From: Takakia lepidozioides
Lineage: Eukaryota > Plantae > Bryophyta
NCBI GenBank assembly: GCA_030704615.1
Contig: CM060732.1
Span: forward strand, 21,824,001 to 21,888,000
DNA length: 64,000 nucleotides
Direction of reading: 5' to 3'
Part shown: positions 11,301 through 25,647 of the stretch, in pieces
Layout: each line of letters starts with the position of its first letter
Position numbering within the stretch: the stretch's first letter is position 1
The notes under the pieces: model-generated
Database searches by the model: none
Seen by the model: the letters and a program-made list of their open reading frames with translations, nothing else
Told to the model about the DNA's origin: nothing
Program-made: the position numbers and the translations under genes

Positions 11301-14300
11301 AAACAGTAAGATTTGGAGGACCCAAAATAAATAAGCCCCCCAAGTTTGGGTAAGGGTGGTCCAGGAATTAAAAAGCGGGGGGCTTATAGTAAGCTAAACA
11401 AGGATTTACATTCATAATCGTCATGTAAGGGGATAGGTAAAAAAGTAGGTAGGAAAGCAAAAGGTATTAAATTGGAGATGGTTCAGCCGCCAAATTTGGG
11501 TAAGGAGGTTTCTAGGGGTGACATGTGTCCCAGGGCCTTCTAGAAGAGTCCCACCCCTTGCAGGCTTCTAGAAGGAGGCGATATAGAGGAGAGGCCCCCT
11601 CTTACTACTTAGTGGGCTCTGCAGACGCGTGGTCCCCAAAAAAAACGCAAACAGCATTATATTTGCGTATAATGATGCACATTATGGCCAAAATATGAAA
11701 TACTCTAAATTATCATACAGAAGATACTAAACATGTAAGGTATCATTTATTTTTAAACAAAGGGGACATTACGGGGAACTATGCAACTATGCCTTCACGG
11801 CCTGAACAGTGGTTATTTTTTCCACCAAAACAATTCCTATGTTTTCTGCGGACTTTTATGTCCAACTGCTATAAAGTTAATTGAGGCCACATCTCTTTTA
11901 AGGGGAAAAAAAAAATGGGTGGGGGGCGCGCGTTGCATGGTGGGGGGGGGGGGGGGGGGGATTACTCAAATTAAAGGGCAGGGAAAAATAACCTAACGGT
12001 ATGAATTTTTTTAACAAAGTGCAAATGAGACAAAAGATGTATAAATGGAAACCTTGTTCTAGCTCAAAAACCCCTCCCCATTGCATGATATAGATCAACC
12101 TATACACACTGCCCTCTGACCCCTCTTCAGCAAGGTAGTGAAACTAGCTCCTCCAAGTCCTCTACCAAATCCGAATCCCAATATTGAAGTGGGCTTTGAT
12201 TTGAAGACCATGAGAAACCATAGTTTATGGATTGACAAGTATGCAGGAATGGCAAGTACACTAGAAACCTCCCTTGGCGGCCTTACCAAACCTTTGTCAA
12301 ATCTCCCCAACCCCCCTTTACCCACGGCCCCATGCTTTATGCAACGGCTGCAGGGTTGGAGCATGCATGCTCCCACTCAAACCTAGATTGTTCTCTTGAA
12401 TTGCATTGTTTTGTTTCTCCTTTCTAATCTCTCTCACTCACCTCTTCTTGTACTTTGCTGCCCGAGTTCTTTTGAGGCTTACATTGTTTGTGTTTTTTGT
12501 ACTTTCCATGGCATTGCAATTGTCTAAGTTGAAGCCTAAGTTGACACCTCTTCAGTTGACACTGTAAGTGCGTGGTACCAGGTATGTGCCCATTACCCCC
12601 GGGCTACAACTTGGTTGTCCAAGTGGACCACACTGTAGAGAAGTTGAGAGATTCTTAAAATTTATTAGAGTATCATATGGGTGTCACATGAATGGAGATA
12701 TATTAAATTTACCCAAAAGCTTGGGCGTGTTCCAAAGACTGACCCATGAAAATGGAGCCGACTTTCAAAAATGACACAAAAACCCAAAGCAGTTTAAAAT
12801 TGAAGGAGGGGGGGGCGGAAATAAAAAATTGTGAACATGTGAATCCTGGGGTGCATAAGAAATCGCCAAAGCCAAAGATTTCCCCCATGAAAGATCTGCA
12901 TCCGACCTGATTGTATCGACATTGACTTTGTTGAGAGGGGTCTTATATAGAAAATAAAAAACGTATTGAGCAAACTCAAAGAATGTAGGGGGACAAATGA
13001 GCTCCAATACACGCGGGGCGTTGCCCCACATTGTCCAACACAATGGCCCCATTGTCAATGCCTTGTCCCTTCAAAGGCAACATACATCGCCATATACAAC
13101 AAGGATACCTCATTACGACTTAGCTATCGAAAAATTCGTGGGCGTTGGGTTTGAATGTTGTAGCTACATTGGAGGGTCTAGAAAGACCAGATTTTGGAAC
13201 AAATTCTTTGGTCAATCATTTGCATTGGAAGGGAGTGGAGAAGAGTACCGTAGAGGCCGCTCTATCTTGACGGACCCCTGCCGGAATCATTAAATACATG
13301 CAGGTCGCCAGGTTTGGCAAGCTTAATGACGATATTAATTTTTTCATCTAAGCTTCATCCAAATTTTCTGGAATTCGGCAACCCTAGGTACTTTTCATTA
13401 AATTTCATTAATAAGTAATTAGTAGTTAGTAAGTAGCACTAGCATTCACTATTGTAATGTTTTTGCATTTGGCAATTGCCACCTTTTTTTCCCAGAGTTC
13501 ACTTTTTTAAATGAAAATTATTCCCCTCTTTCATCTACTCCAAAGGCAAAATTTTAAAATATTCATCATCTTTTAAAATGAATTAATTAAAGTTGGAATA
13601 GAGCGACCTCTATGGTAATATACCACACAATCAAAAGATGGATTCTAGATTTTTATCTTTATCTATTTTTTGAATGAAAAAGAACCGGCTGCTGCTCACG
13701 AATCAGGCCCCTCAATTACAGTGAGAGGAGAAAATAACCTTGCAATGGATGAGGGTTATCGAAAAGGAACATGAGACAATTCCACACCCCATAAGGTAGC
13801 AGGAGTTGAACCCAGTACCACTTGGGTGGCACTTAGTGCATATGGACCAATTGATCAACACGATTATGGATTTATTGCTGATTTGTTTTTTTTTTAATTT
13901 TTTTAATTTAAGAAAAAAAAGGAAACACCTGGGAGTGACAGCTCACAAAATTGCCGACTTAATATAAAATACGTGTAAAATCAGAACAAAGGTTTCAAAG
14001 ATTAAAAATTAAAATTATATTTGTCAATTTTTAAACCATTAAATTTCAAATAATAAATATTTATATCAATAATGATATATATAATTATTTTGGATATTTT
14101 TACTCTTAAAAAATAGTTTTTACTAGAAGTCAGCATAATTAAGAGCCACTTAGGGGAAAATATGCCTCTCATTTTAGATTAATAGCGTCTTAAATGCACG
14201 CATTTGAGATAGGAGGATAGGAGGAAAGGTAGAATCCAGGTCCAATGCTGCCTTATCCCATGGTAGACCCACCTTATCTAGGGTCTGTCACCTTATCCCC

Positions 14301-14559
14301 GCCGGAGATCCAACTTTAGGCTGCAAGATTTGTCGTGGACTTGGTATTTATTGGGAGCTTTTCAATTCTAAATAATAATAATAATAATTATTATTATTTT
14401 TAAGAACATGGGATAGAGGCCCTAGAGAACTTTATAGATATGGACATAACGTCCGAGAATCACAAAGAAGGAAAAATAACCTCTTGATGAGTGTCATAGA
14501 GGCTGCTAAGAGAAGGCACTGCTTTGTGACCAAAATGAGAGGAGGAGCAAAAGCTCCAG

Positions 14560-17500
14560 GGAAAGAGTAGATGTCAGGACATAAGGAGATGAAGCCATAA
14601 AAAACCAAACAAAGCAGGAGGGTGTAAGTCTAACCCCCATGAAACATCCGCCAAGCAAAGAGGACCGCTACCAAGATCCAGACCAGAGATCAGCCATTCG
14701 AGCAGAGATCAACTAATGCTACCAAAAGAGAGCTGGGCCTTAGCCTTTTTTTTTCCTAAAAGATCTACGGTGGCGCCAATTAACATCGGCCTCATCACCC
14801 CCCATAGGGGAGCGCTTGGAACTAAGGGAGGTACCTGCCTGAAGGGATGTTGTCACACGAGGTAACCCTTGAGTCTAATTCCCTGGTGCAGATCCGATCT
14901 CCCTTTCCCCATGATCGATCAAAGCCAGCGAGCAATTCAAGTCTCCTCCTCTGCCGCAGCTAATCCCAACACCCGCCAAGCCTTGCGAGCTCCAGACAGT
15001 AAGTCTGAGTGAGTCTCATACAATATAGCCCAAAATACAAATTGGCTTGCCCGAAAACAAGAGTGCACAACGAGCCTTCCATATGTTCCACAAGGTGTGC
15101 GTCCTAAGGGTAGCCCAGACAAGGCATGAAGACCACAAAGATCTTCCAGCAAAGTTCAGAAGCACAACAGTAAGAAGTCCAATGGCAGAGGTTTCCAAAA
15201 AACATAGAACGACATAACCTTAAACCAGGTATGTCAGCTAGCCATTGGATAGAAAAAAAAGCAATGCTCAATAGATTCAGAAGCTTAAAGGGGACAAGAG
15301 TTGCAAAAAAGAGCTGTGTTCTGAAATCAGGTACGGATTGGTAAAATCATGCTCACCAACTTCCAAAGGAAACCATAAATTTTGGAAGCCCCATCATTCC
15401 TCCAAACATCCTTCCAAACAGCTTTCCACAAGACAAGACAGTCAGCCAGATGAGACCATTTATTTGTCCATTTGAGGTCCAAAGAGGTCACGTGGGGTTC
15501 AGCAGGGAGTAACCCAGCTTTAGAGATTAAGCAAAAAAAAAAAAGTGTTTCATGTCCCGCCAGATCCACTCTCCTGAGTCAAACTGGAGCAGGGGGTAGT
15601 CAAGAAACAGAGAAACTTAGGATTTGTGTGGCAACCATTGTCAGCGGAGGGGTTAACAACCTCGGTCATCATGCAAAAGACCCTTATAGCGAAGATGGAG
15701 TCCTCTAGGAAGAAAGAAAGCTTCGGAGAGTGCAAGAAACTAGAGCTGAAAACATTGAATTTCCAACCATGAAGTGAAGGTCCTGAGCAGTACAGCGCAA
15801 AGAAAGTGAACTTGGAGCCCCCAACTTCCAGCCAAGCCAGACAGGAAGACACTTTCTATTAGTAGGGAACAAGGTCAATGAAATCTAGGAATCAGGATGT
15901 CACCAGTGATAGACTCCCACCCCGCCCTTACTCTCCTAACTGAGAGTGCAATAGCTACCATAGAAGGGGGAAGAAGGGAGCCATTCTCCCACAGAAGCAT
16001 GAAATTGGAAACCCCCCCCCCCCCCCCCCCCCCCAGCTTCCCAATGCGTCCATCTTGGGGAGCACTTAACCAACAACTCGGAGTCCCGATTAAAATTACC
16101 AAACAAAGGCTGTTTGAGAGCCTCTTCCGGAGAGCTCGGAGATTTTTGGGAAAGAAGATCATGGACAGAGAACTGAGAATGCCGAATAGAACGCCAGGCC
16201 TCTCAATTAGAGGTCATTACCAAATTAGAAGGACCACCCGGACAATCCATCTGAGAGATGGGGGCCAAACCGAGATAGGCGACGAGCTTGAAGGATATGA
16301 TGTCTTACTATCAAGCTCCAAGGGGAAGTGAAATGCAAAAAAATCATAGGAACCCATTTCGCAAGAACAGCACAGATCTGTGCTTGAGGATTAATAATGC
16401 CCAAATTCCCATTACATTTCTTCTGAGTTAGCTGCTTCCAGCTCACAAGAGCTCTACGAGTTTGCCCAGTCGAGGAGGCGCCCTAGATAAAGTTTCTAAC
16501 AAGAGCCTTCACTCCCTTGATAGTTGTGGCGCCCGGAGACTAGACCAAGGAGAAGAACCAGCACGAGGCCAGAAGCACTTGATTCACAAGAAAGGCTTTA
16601 CCCGCAATAGACAAGTGAATACAAGAGCTCCAGTAAGTGAGCTTTCTTTTGAGATTAGTCAAGACAACGTCAGCTCTTTGCGAATCAGTAAGTTCGTGTC
16701 CCATCAAGTGGCCCACTTGAGAAGACATGTGACTGTCCATCTTGCAGCCAGGAAAACCTAGGTTGTCACCTCAGGACTGGCAGTGTGCGACACTAGCAGG
16801 GTCTTTGAGTTTCGATTTTATTCCCTTCAACTTTTTTCAGTTGATACTAAGCCCAGAAGCGCCAGAGAAGGAAGAGAGGGCAGCCAGAGTCCTCTCCACA
16901 TTAGAGGAAGAACTATTGTCTATAAAGAGAGCAATGTCATCAATATAAAGTGAAGACTTAATGTTCATTTAATGTTGTAGTCAGAAATTGAGGGGTGTTG
17001 TACTTTAAGGCCAACAATGTTTGAATTTTGGTTGAGGAGGTGGCTAAGACCATCAACTGTGATCAGAACTAAGAAGGGACACTGGACAACTTTGTCGAAC
17101 CGAACAAAAGAGAGGGAAGGAGCTAGAGATAGCCCCGTTTATAATTACTTTACTGGTTGCCGAATGAAGAAGAATACGGATCTAGGAAAGGAAGTTGCCC
17201 TTAATGCCACACCTTTGAATCGCTCCTTGAGGAGGTACTCCCACTCAATGTTATCAAAAGCTTTCTCGAAATCAAGCATCGGAAGAGCCAAAGGCTGATT
17301 CATATCAAATTAGGCAGAATGCAAGGTCTCGTTAGCAAGAGACATTTTATCCAATATTATCATCTTGTCCTTAAGGAAACCAGTTTGTTCAGGACTCATA
17401 AGCTTGAAGAGTAGCTGTTGGAGTCTGGAGGCCAATGCCTTTTGCAATAACCTTGTACACAGAGTTGAGGAGGGTAATAGGCCTAAAATTGGCAATGGAA

Positions 17501-17770
17501 TCCTTGTCTCTTTTTCTGTGTATGAGGGTAACAAGCCCTTGAGAGAGCTGAGAAGGCATAATGCCTTTAGAGAGCACATCATCAGTGAGGGCCACGAAAT
17601 TGTCTCCACATTCCATCCAAATGGTCTTAAATGAATTCCATGGGTAAACCATCTAGGCCAGGAGACTTAAACGCAACCAGTTTAGCCAAAGCATCCTCTT
17701 GCTCCATGGAGGCGAAGGGAGCAGACACTCTCAAGATCATCAGATGAAACCCTATCTTGAAAGGCACCGA
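14560..17770 (-). mobile_element. Degenerate L1-clade LINE ORF2 (RT and C-terminal region)
   Basis: Frameshifted pieces FRPITLLNSVYKVIAK, ASRLQ..MSPEQTGFL, MLDFEKAFDNIEW, LSIAGKAFLVNQVL, VSWKQLT..GNLGI, GFLWKL. Confidence 0.85.
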
Positions 17771-18362
17771 GAACTTCTTGCCTTGGGGTTCTTATTTAAC
17801 TTCAGTGTGAGAAATCGTACTTTCCATGGATAACTTTATCAAGATTGCACCTTACTACCAGGCTATGGCTACTTACTTACCAACATAAGTTTATATATAT
17901 ATAGTTCACTTAGGAAAGGGAGTGAACAATGGACACCCTTGAATTTTTATATATTTTTTTTACTTCTTTTTTGAAGTCTTGCAGTTGAAGGTTTTGTGAC
18001 AAAAAAAAAATTTAATTGTTTTTGGGGTTTCCAAGGAAACACCAGCTCCAGCAACTGGGCTTGAGGGGGAAAATAAACCCCTTTCCTAAGCCACGGAGGC
18101 ATTAAAGGGGCAGTGCCCCATCCCTACGGCAGAGGATCAAATGACAGTGGTTTGAACCCCAAAGACACTCTGCCAATACAGAGTGGCTTACCACCTCGCA
18201 AATTTGATGGTTTTGAATACAAACAGTTTGATGGTTTTGAATGCAAATAGTTAATGGAAGAATTTATCTGAAAATGGCTGAATTTTTTTTTTAATTTTTT
18301 TAATACTGGCTGAACTCTTTCCAGACTTAGGAGAGAAACTCAAACGCATAGCCTAAATATTC

Positions 18363-18530
18363 AAGCCCATCAGTAATGGGCACATACCACCTCGGAAGTG
18401 GTTGTGGGTTCAATCCACCCTTGGTGTCACAGAGGTGTCCACCTTCCTAGAGGAAGGCAATAAACCTTCCAGGTGAAGAGACACCATAATTTACGCTTCC
18501 TTGTGGGGGCGTCAAATATTAATATTAAAT
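18363..18530 (+). mobile_element. Second copy of the tRNA-derived SINE
   Basis: cacataccacctc..gttgtgggttcaatccac..ggtgtcaca..ccataatttac matches 9932-10070. Confidence 0.6.
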
Positions 18531-20759
18531 AGTATTTCGAGAATTATTACACGAAAACAGGGACAGTCTTATGTTTGACTGGGCGGTCTAACCCACAGCC
18601 ATAGCCTACTGCATGCTCAAGTTTCTGGCAGCTTTCTTAGAGGAAAGTGTTGTCTTTGCGATGACCTTCCCCTGAAACTGACAAGCATGCTTCCACACTC
18701 CGAGGACCACACCTCTAATTCACTGCCGTGTGAGTTCATCCAGAAACAGAGAGGAAACAGAGTCCATCAATTGACTCGAATTTGCATAGAGTCGGTACGT
18801 AATGTCAAATTCCAAAAGCGCCAGTGATCCGAGGCGAGTCGAACATCAGGATCAATGGAATGTGACCAGAGAGCCTTGGGCTGCAACGGCAGGGTCGAAA
18901 GTGAGTCTATGAACGGAAAAGGTTGTGCTCTATGTAACTTATCTACATATTCATGAGAATAAGGTGGACAAGCATTGTTCAAAATTATAACCCGATTGCT
19001 CAGTGCAACGTTGATCACAGAAGATAGGAACGCAGATCAGAGCTTAAGCGCACGGTCTCACTTGACTGAACGCTTTACTATCCCAGCGCTGCCGTCTACA
19101 CGTGCTCAGTTGGAGCATAGAGATGCACCGGAATCCAGAGCTTGATGAGAGCCTAGTGCATCTGGATCACTGGAGGAGTGAATAGAGCTCTCAGACTTAA
19201 AACCCTTGTGAGTACTGAATGTTGCCGGGCTGGTTTTCCGATCCAGCCGGTTTCGCGCCCAAGGGCCGGCCTCAACAGATCTAGACATCTGCACAAGGTT
19301 CCCCTATTTTAAATGGACCTTGTACTATACATGCGGTCGCATTTGAACCGAAGCACATGTAGGATTTGATCTGGAGGCACATTGGGCGGGGGGGGGGGAG
19401 AGGCAGAGATGATAGATACAGATCGACAGGATTATCCGATTACGAGAGGAGATGAGAAAGAGAAGCTGGGAAATGAACCTGACCGCCTTGTCAACGCGAA
19501 ACGGCGGGATCAGCCGGACTATTGGAGCTTGCTGTAGCGGCTACTCATGTAAAAAATATGGTTCAGACTGAGTCGTATTCACATGAGATAGACGTTCTTA
19601 GCTTAGTCTTCCAGCTGATTAGGCTAGTCATTCGAGAGAGGAAACTGCACAAAATTCAATGGAGTGGAGAACATATTGTTGGAGGCTTCAACACAATCTT
19701 ATATGGAGCAATCCGAGATGTCGGCCATCAGACGATTGTACAAAATTATTCCAGACTAAGTACAGCGACCAGCACTTAAGCTGGATCTCTAACTATACTC
19801 TTGAAAGTAGCTTCGTCTTCAGCTCATTGGGATCAAACGTACCCTTCCACCCTCGTTGACTGGTTCCTTGACTGACCCTAGTAGCTCCATGCAGTCCTCT
19901 AATTCCATGTGGTTGATCAGTACATGAGCATCATCCTCCACAACAGCAGGAACTTCTCTGCACATTAAACGGACAACAGAACGATAGACACGTGACTCAA
20001 ACGTTTTTGTTCATCTCCATACGATCGTTGACCGGCAAGAAGAGATCAGACACGACATTGAGACTAGTATAGTAGTCAACTTTGAACAACAGTGGTCATG
20101 TAGACCTGCGTCCCTGTGACGAGTTTAGGGCTTTGATTTTTATTGGCTCCTCCTATAGAGGGGAGACCACGCAAAGGTGTCAAACAGATTGAAGATCCTG
20201 TTGTACCTTCTCCAGGTAACACCTCATATTGTAGAATAGGTTCCTCAGTTAACACCTAAATTGAAGGTACAACCGTCTTGTTCCTATGTTTGCATGTTCC
20301 CAGTTCCCATTGTTAACTACCTCCCTGTGGGCAGATGCACTCTCCCCTTGGCAGCGATTCTTGAAACTCTTACTGTGTGAGTCATGCGTGGCTGCCGATT
20401 GTATGCAATTCAGCGCTGTCCATTTCTACTTTGCTGATGTCTGCTGCATTTGCCCCTCGTCCAGTTAGGACTTCAATCTCCTAATGTGAACAACATACAA
20501 CACTTGCATTGATGCAAAAGAGATTAGTCTGCAAGCAAGACATAATTTCCCCTCTAAGTAACCAATCAAATACCTGAGAAAGCTGGCAATGATGCCATTT
20601 TGAACTGAAGCATAAAACACAAAATCCCCCTTCCCTGTGATTCTACCATTTATGGTTCGGAGATTCCACCAAAAACACAACTTTGCATAGAACTGCCTTG
20701 CCTCGTCAGTTCATTCGCCTTGGAAACTCTCAGGTCAGTTTATACGTATATTTTTTTCA

Positions 20760-20890
20760 CTCAAATGTGGAGCCGGTATGCAAACATGCCCACCACCCGC
20801 TCTTTCTTTGCTTGTGGAGCTATTGGGAACACGGTTATAGTTGCCGGGGGTCACGACAATGACAAAAACGCTCTGTCCCCTACAGAGATT
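20760..20890 (+). pseudogene. F-box/kelch protein fragment (single kelch repeat)
   Basis: WSRYANMPTTRSFFACGAIGNTVIVAGGHDNDKNAL is a typical plant kelch-repeat segment, isolated here. Confidence 0.7.
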
Positions 20891-23478
20891 CTGAAGAGTT
20901 CATAATTTTCCAGCGGGAGCGTAACCTGTCAAAAGGGTGCCTGCGTTAGCCATGCTCTTGGAGTTTCTAGCATGAAGGTCAACCATGGAGCATGGAACAG
21001 TGCTGGCAAGAGTCCTTTAAAGATCTTTCACCGCTGGGACAACCGCAATGGCCAGGTGGGGCTTTTGTTGGGTGATGGAGTTATTTTGTTATGCGAAAGT
21101 GTTTATTTCAATCACTATCAGAGGTTATGGTTTCTAAGCAGGCCATGGAAATGTATTGCCCAAGGTTTTCCTGGTGTTTAGAAGGTAATTGGAAGCCTGG
21201 ATGCTTTATTGAAATTATTGCTGCTCAACTGCACCCCAGTGGATTTGCACAGGCCAATCCAAGATTACTGGAGTACAGACACCAGCAGTGTGGATTAAGT
21301 GTCCTACAGATTGAGGGTTGGTTGAATCCTCCTCGAATGAAAGAAAAGCTAGCTGCTTCCATGACACAAGGTCAAGTAGAACACGGTGAGGCCATCTTCT
21401 TTTTCAAAACTTTAGGCTTGGTTTTTCCCTCTTGTCAGATTCATCCCTACTTTTCAGATGTCTAGTTCTGGAAGTCAGCTCATCCAGTGAATTCATGTTG
21501 GTTCTGAGTGTTTTTGCACGTTTCCAATGGGGTTGCAGGCATATATCTGCAAATTGGAAACAGAGAATAAGCTTTGGACGTTAATTCAAACCCCAGTCAA
21601 TGGTGGGACAAACAAGGCAAAAAGGTGCATGCCAGTTATTTTACAGCAAATGTAGATAAGAAGATGAATTAATGGCCATCATCCCTCTCTCCCAACATAT
21701 TTTTGAAGTCTTGTCAGCAATTGAGCATAGGACTATAGTGTGTACCAAGGTAGGGGTGTGTGGTAAATAGATTTTAGGTTGTCAGTGTCAGGTGCTGAGG
21801 ATCTACACAGTTATTGTTGTTGTTGAAGCAGGAATAGAAGACATGCATGGGGTGTGGCTCCAGATCCACTCGAGAGGGCTACATTTCAAGCACAAGAGTA
21901 CCAATGAGGCATTGTGGATTAATAACTACAAGAAACCTGCACAGGCAAATGGTCAAGTTGGAAGCAGCAGCAGCAGTACAGTCCATAAAATCAACCACTG
22001 CCACCATGCCACCCATTTCAAAAGAGGACCAAGAACAGAAGTCCACAAGATCTTTTCTAAGAATTGTGGACTGGTGAGGACACTATGTGAAGCAAGAGAA
22101 GTGAAAGAGGCTCTGCTCATTTTGAATGAAGGAGACATTTCAGCAGATTCAGATACTTACGCCTGTCTCTTGATCAATAAATGCATCAAGACAAAAGGCA
22201 TGGCAGAGAAAACAGGTGCACTCCCACATTATCCAAACTGGATTGAAACCTAACGTGTTTCTACACAACACCCTGATCAACATGTACATCAAATGCAGAG
22301 ACATCATGGATGCACATCAGATGTTTGACAAAATCCCTAAATGAGGTTTGATCCCGTATAATATACTGATTGCAGGGTTGTGGTGGGAATGCCTTGAGAG
22401 ACTGATGAGCAAATGATGCAGGAAGGGATGATGCCCAACCAGGTCACATTTGTATTATCAAGGCGTGCGCCTGCGTGGCAGCCCTGGAAAAGGGCAAACA
22501 TGTCCATGCTGACATTGCGAAAGCTCGGATTGTACCAAACATGATCCTAGCTACTACGCTCGTAGACATGTCTGCCAAATGTGGGAGCATAGAGGATGCG
22601 AATAAGGGAGTGATTGCCCCCAAGCGAGATGTCATGTGATGGAGTGCAACGGCAACCCTGGAAAATGGCAGAAAAAATCATGAGCACTGACATCCAAAAA
22701 GCTGGAATTGTACCAAATATGATTCTGAGTACCACCCTTGTGGACATGTACACCAAATGTGGGAGCATCAAGGATGCAAAGGAAATGTGTAACAGCATAG
22801 ATAACCGCAATGTGGTGTCATGGGGTGCAATGGTCACAACATATGCAGAGCATCGACCTGTGGAATGGTTCTTGTTGAAGCATGAATAGAAGACAGGTAA
22901 GGAGTGTGGCTCCTGATCCATTCGAGAGGGCTACATTTGAAGTACAAGAGTACCAATGAGGCATTGTGGATTAATAGCTACAAGAAACCTGCACAGGCAA
23001 ATGGTCAAGTTGGAAGCAGCAGCAGCAGTACAGTCCATAAAATCAACCACTGCCACCATGCCACCCATTTCAAAAGAGGGCCAAGAACAGAAGTCCACAA
23101 GATCTTTTCTAAGATTTGTGGACTAGTGAGGACACTATGTGAAGCAAGACAACTGAAAGAGGCTCTGCTCGTTTTGAATGAAGGAGGCATTTCAGCAGAT
23201 TCAGATACTTACGCCTGTCTACATGTACAGTGTTCATTGTTTTGCATGTTTCTTCTTGCAAGCACTTATGATCAAGGCCAGTTTCGGGTCAATTTGGGGA
23301 AGGAAAAGAGATTGATGGCAGGTTGGACAGGAGGCTTTCCATGGATGGAGTACTGTTTTCCCTGTATATTGTTGCTTTATCCACGTACCCTTGAATCATT
23401 TGCACTCGACCTACCGGCAGGGACTCAGACCATTTGCTTGCAAATAGGTTAACATAGGAGGGCGTTTGATGTTCACAG

Positions 23479-23633
23479 AAAGCGATCATTCACATGGAAC
23501 TTTGACGGGGGTTCTGATTGGCGATCCCAATTTGGGCTTCGTTACCCATGCTCAGAAGCTATGGGCCATTTGTAATGCTCTTGGAAACATTGCTTTTGCA
23601 TATTCCTTTTCAATGATTCTCATTGAGATTCAG
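23479..23633 (+). pseudogene. Amino acid permease (AAP family) single exon
   Basis: GTLTGV...QKLWAICNALGNIAFAYSFSMILIEIQ, flanked by cacag| and |gcacg splice-like sites. Confidence 0.75.
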
Positions 23634-23915
23634 GCACGTTCTCCTTTCCCTATCCCATAGACACAGGGTCTATCTTTCTTATGGGTTTACACATGCATGG
23701 AACGCAAATGTGTAGTGTATGTCTGTGTTTCGTGTTTATGTACTATCAAATCTGTAAATGCATCAAGACAAAAGGCATGGCAGAGGAAAGCAGGTGCATT
23801 CCCACATTATCCAATCTGGATTCAAACCTAGGGTGTTTCTACACAACACCCTGATCAACATGTACATCAAATGCAGAGACATCGTGGATGCACATCAGAT
23901 GTTTGACAAAATCCA

Positions 23916-24771
23916 GGGATACCAGATGTCCATAACTCAGAGCCATAAGTGGCTGTGGGTGACAACGGTATCAAAGAGCCACTTTTTGATTGTCGTATGG
24001 CACTCTGTTTACATTTGGCCTGGAGGCGACTGGAGGCAGCTCTGCCATTCGTCAATCTGTCCATAGCAGTTGAGGCAAACTGGAATTTGGGTGGGTGGAT
24101 AACCAGACCCAAGTACGTATAGGATTTGACAACCTCAATGTCCTGCTCATTATAGTGGAATCTGTGATCCGCATGGCCATTAAAAACCATGATCTCAGTT
24201 TAAGAAAGATTGACCAGCAGCCCATAGTCTTTGAAGAAGTGGCCAGCACAGCAAGAAAGCATTTGAGAGAGATCCAGGAAGGGGTATAGGTAGTGCACAT
24301 CAGTCTAGTCAGCAATACTTTGAGCACAACTGGCATATCTCATTAGCATCTGTGACATGTGTTGTACAGGTCCACTGTTTTCACCTTATAAGCTGCATCT
24401 GCTTCCCACAGATTTGCAGACCTGGGTGTGGAGTGTGGACACATTACTCATTGATGTTATGATCTTCCAAAGCACAGAAAGGCGATGAAAACAGGAATCG
24501 ACTGCCAGCCCAAAACAAAACCAGTGTGATGCTCAAAATGTAGTTGTCTACATATTTCTCTGGGTATAGCAATGTGGAGTATTGTTATGTAACCGTCATA
24601 ACCAGCTGGTTGTCTTCTGTTCAAAGCAGGGCAAGCTCATTATTCAACTTACGGAGCAAATTAGAGCAAAAGATGCTTTCTCAACCTGGCATAGGATCAG
24701 ATAGATGGGGTCAGTTACCTTGAGCAACAACAATTGTGAAGCCTGGCAAGATTGTCCATCCAGCAGCCCGA
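23916..24771 (-). mobile_element. LINE RT fragment (RTE-like) interrupting the second PPR copy
   Basis: IEVVKSYTYLG and PTATYGSELW. PPR similarity to 22320-22460 stops at about 23915 and resumes at about 24772. Confidence 0.65.
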
Positions 24772-25647
24772 GATCCCGTATAATATACTTATTGAGGATA
24801 TACCAAACAGGGTGGTGGGAATGCCTTGGGAGACTGTTGAGCAAATGATGCAGGAAGGGATGATGCCCAACCAGGTCACATTTGTATTATCAGAAGTGAA
24901 CCTAGTGGATGCAAAATTTCCAGTTGGAAGCTTGTTGATGTAGATAAAAATTGATACATCTGCCGAAGGCCTTTTCTTCTGAAAAATGCATACACTAAAA
25001 TATGCTGGGACATGTTTGCCTCCCTATTAGTCTAAGCATCATTGTTGGTGGTTGTATGCTGAAACAGTTCATATAGAGTGACCATTGGACAATTACGTGA
25101 GCAAGGTGTGCTCTTATAGTCTCAACAAACATAAATGCCAAATACACCCTTCTAGAATATGGAATAAAATTATTGTTGATGTGTTAATGTGTTAATGCTA
25201 ACGTGTCAATGCAGATTTGCTACTACTACATAGATTTGATAGTTGTTATGTTCAGGCTACGTCTAGTCTAGTACCCTTAGTTGTCCATGATTATCCAAAG
25301 ATACGTTTTCAGATTACAAACATAAAAGAACTCTCTGTAGTTATGTTTTTGTATGACGGCGCACCAACGCACATCAAGATATGTCTTCTCAATATGGCAT
25401 CTTGATATCTTCAAGATATGCCTTCACTTATGAAGATACAAAAACAAATCTTGTGAAGATACAAAAAAGATATAGAGATGGTCTAAGATCATACGTAGGA
25501 TCTTCATAGTCATGTAGTTGAGCTCCTTCAGACTCGTTATAAGATAAACATATCACCTTGAGAGCCTCACAGTGTCTAAGCAGTGAACGTCTTCTCAGTG
25601 ACCGTCAGTGTAGTTGTGAGAGGTAATTATTTGTGTACTAACTTATC

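Larger units (their letters stand above)
21850..24890 (+). pseudogene. Two partly duplicated PLS-class PPR pseudogene copies with insertions
   Basis: GKQVHSHIIQSGFKPRVFLHNTLINMYIKC, TTLVDMYTKCGSIKDA, RNVVSWGAM, with stops and frameshifts. 21850-22170 is nearly repeated at 22903-23220. Confidence 0.8.

Noticed and set aside
18767-19560. Possible spliced gene on the minus strand
   Set aside because: Splice-like sites exist, but there is no recognisable protein and the frames are short.
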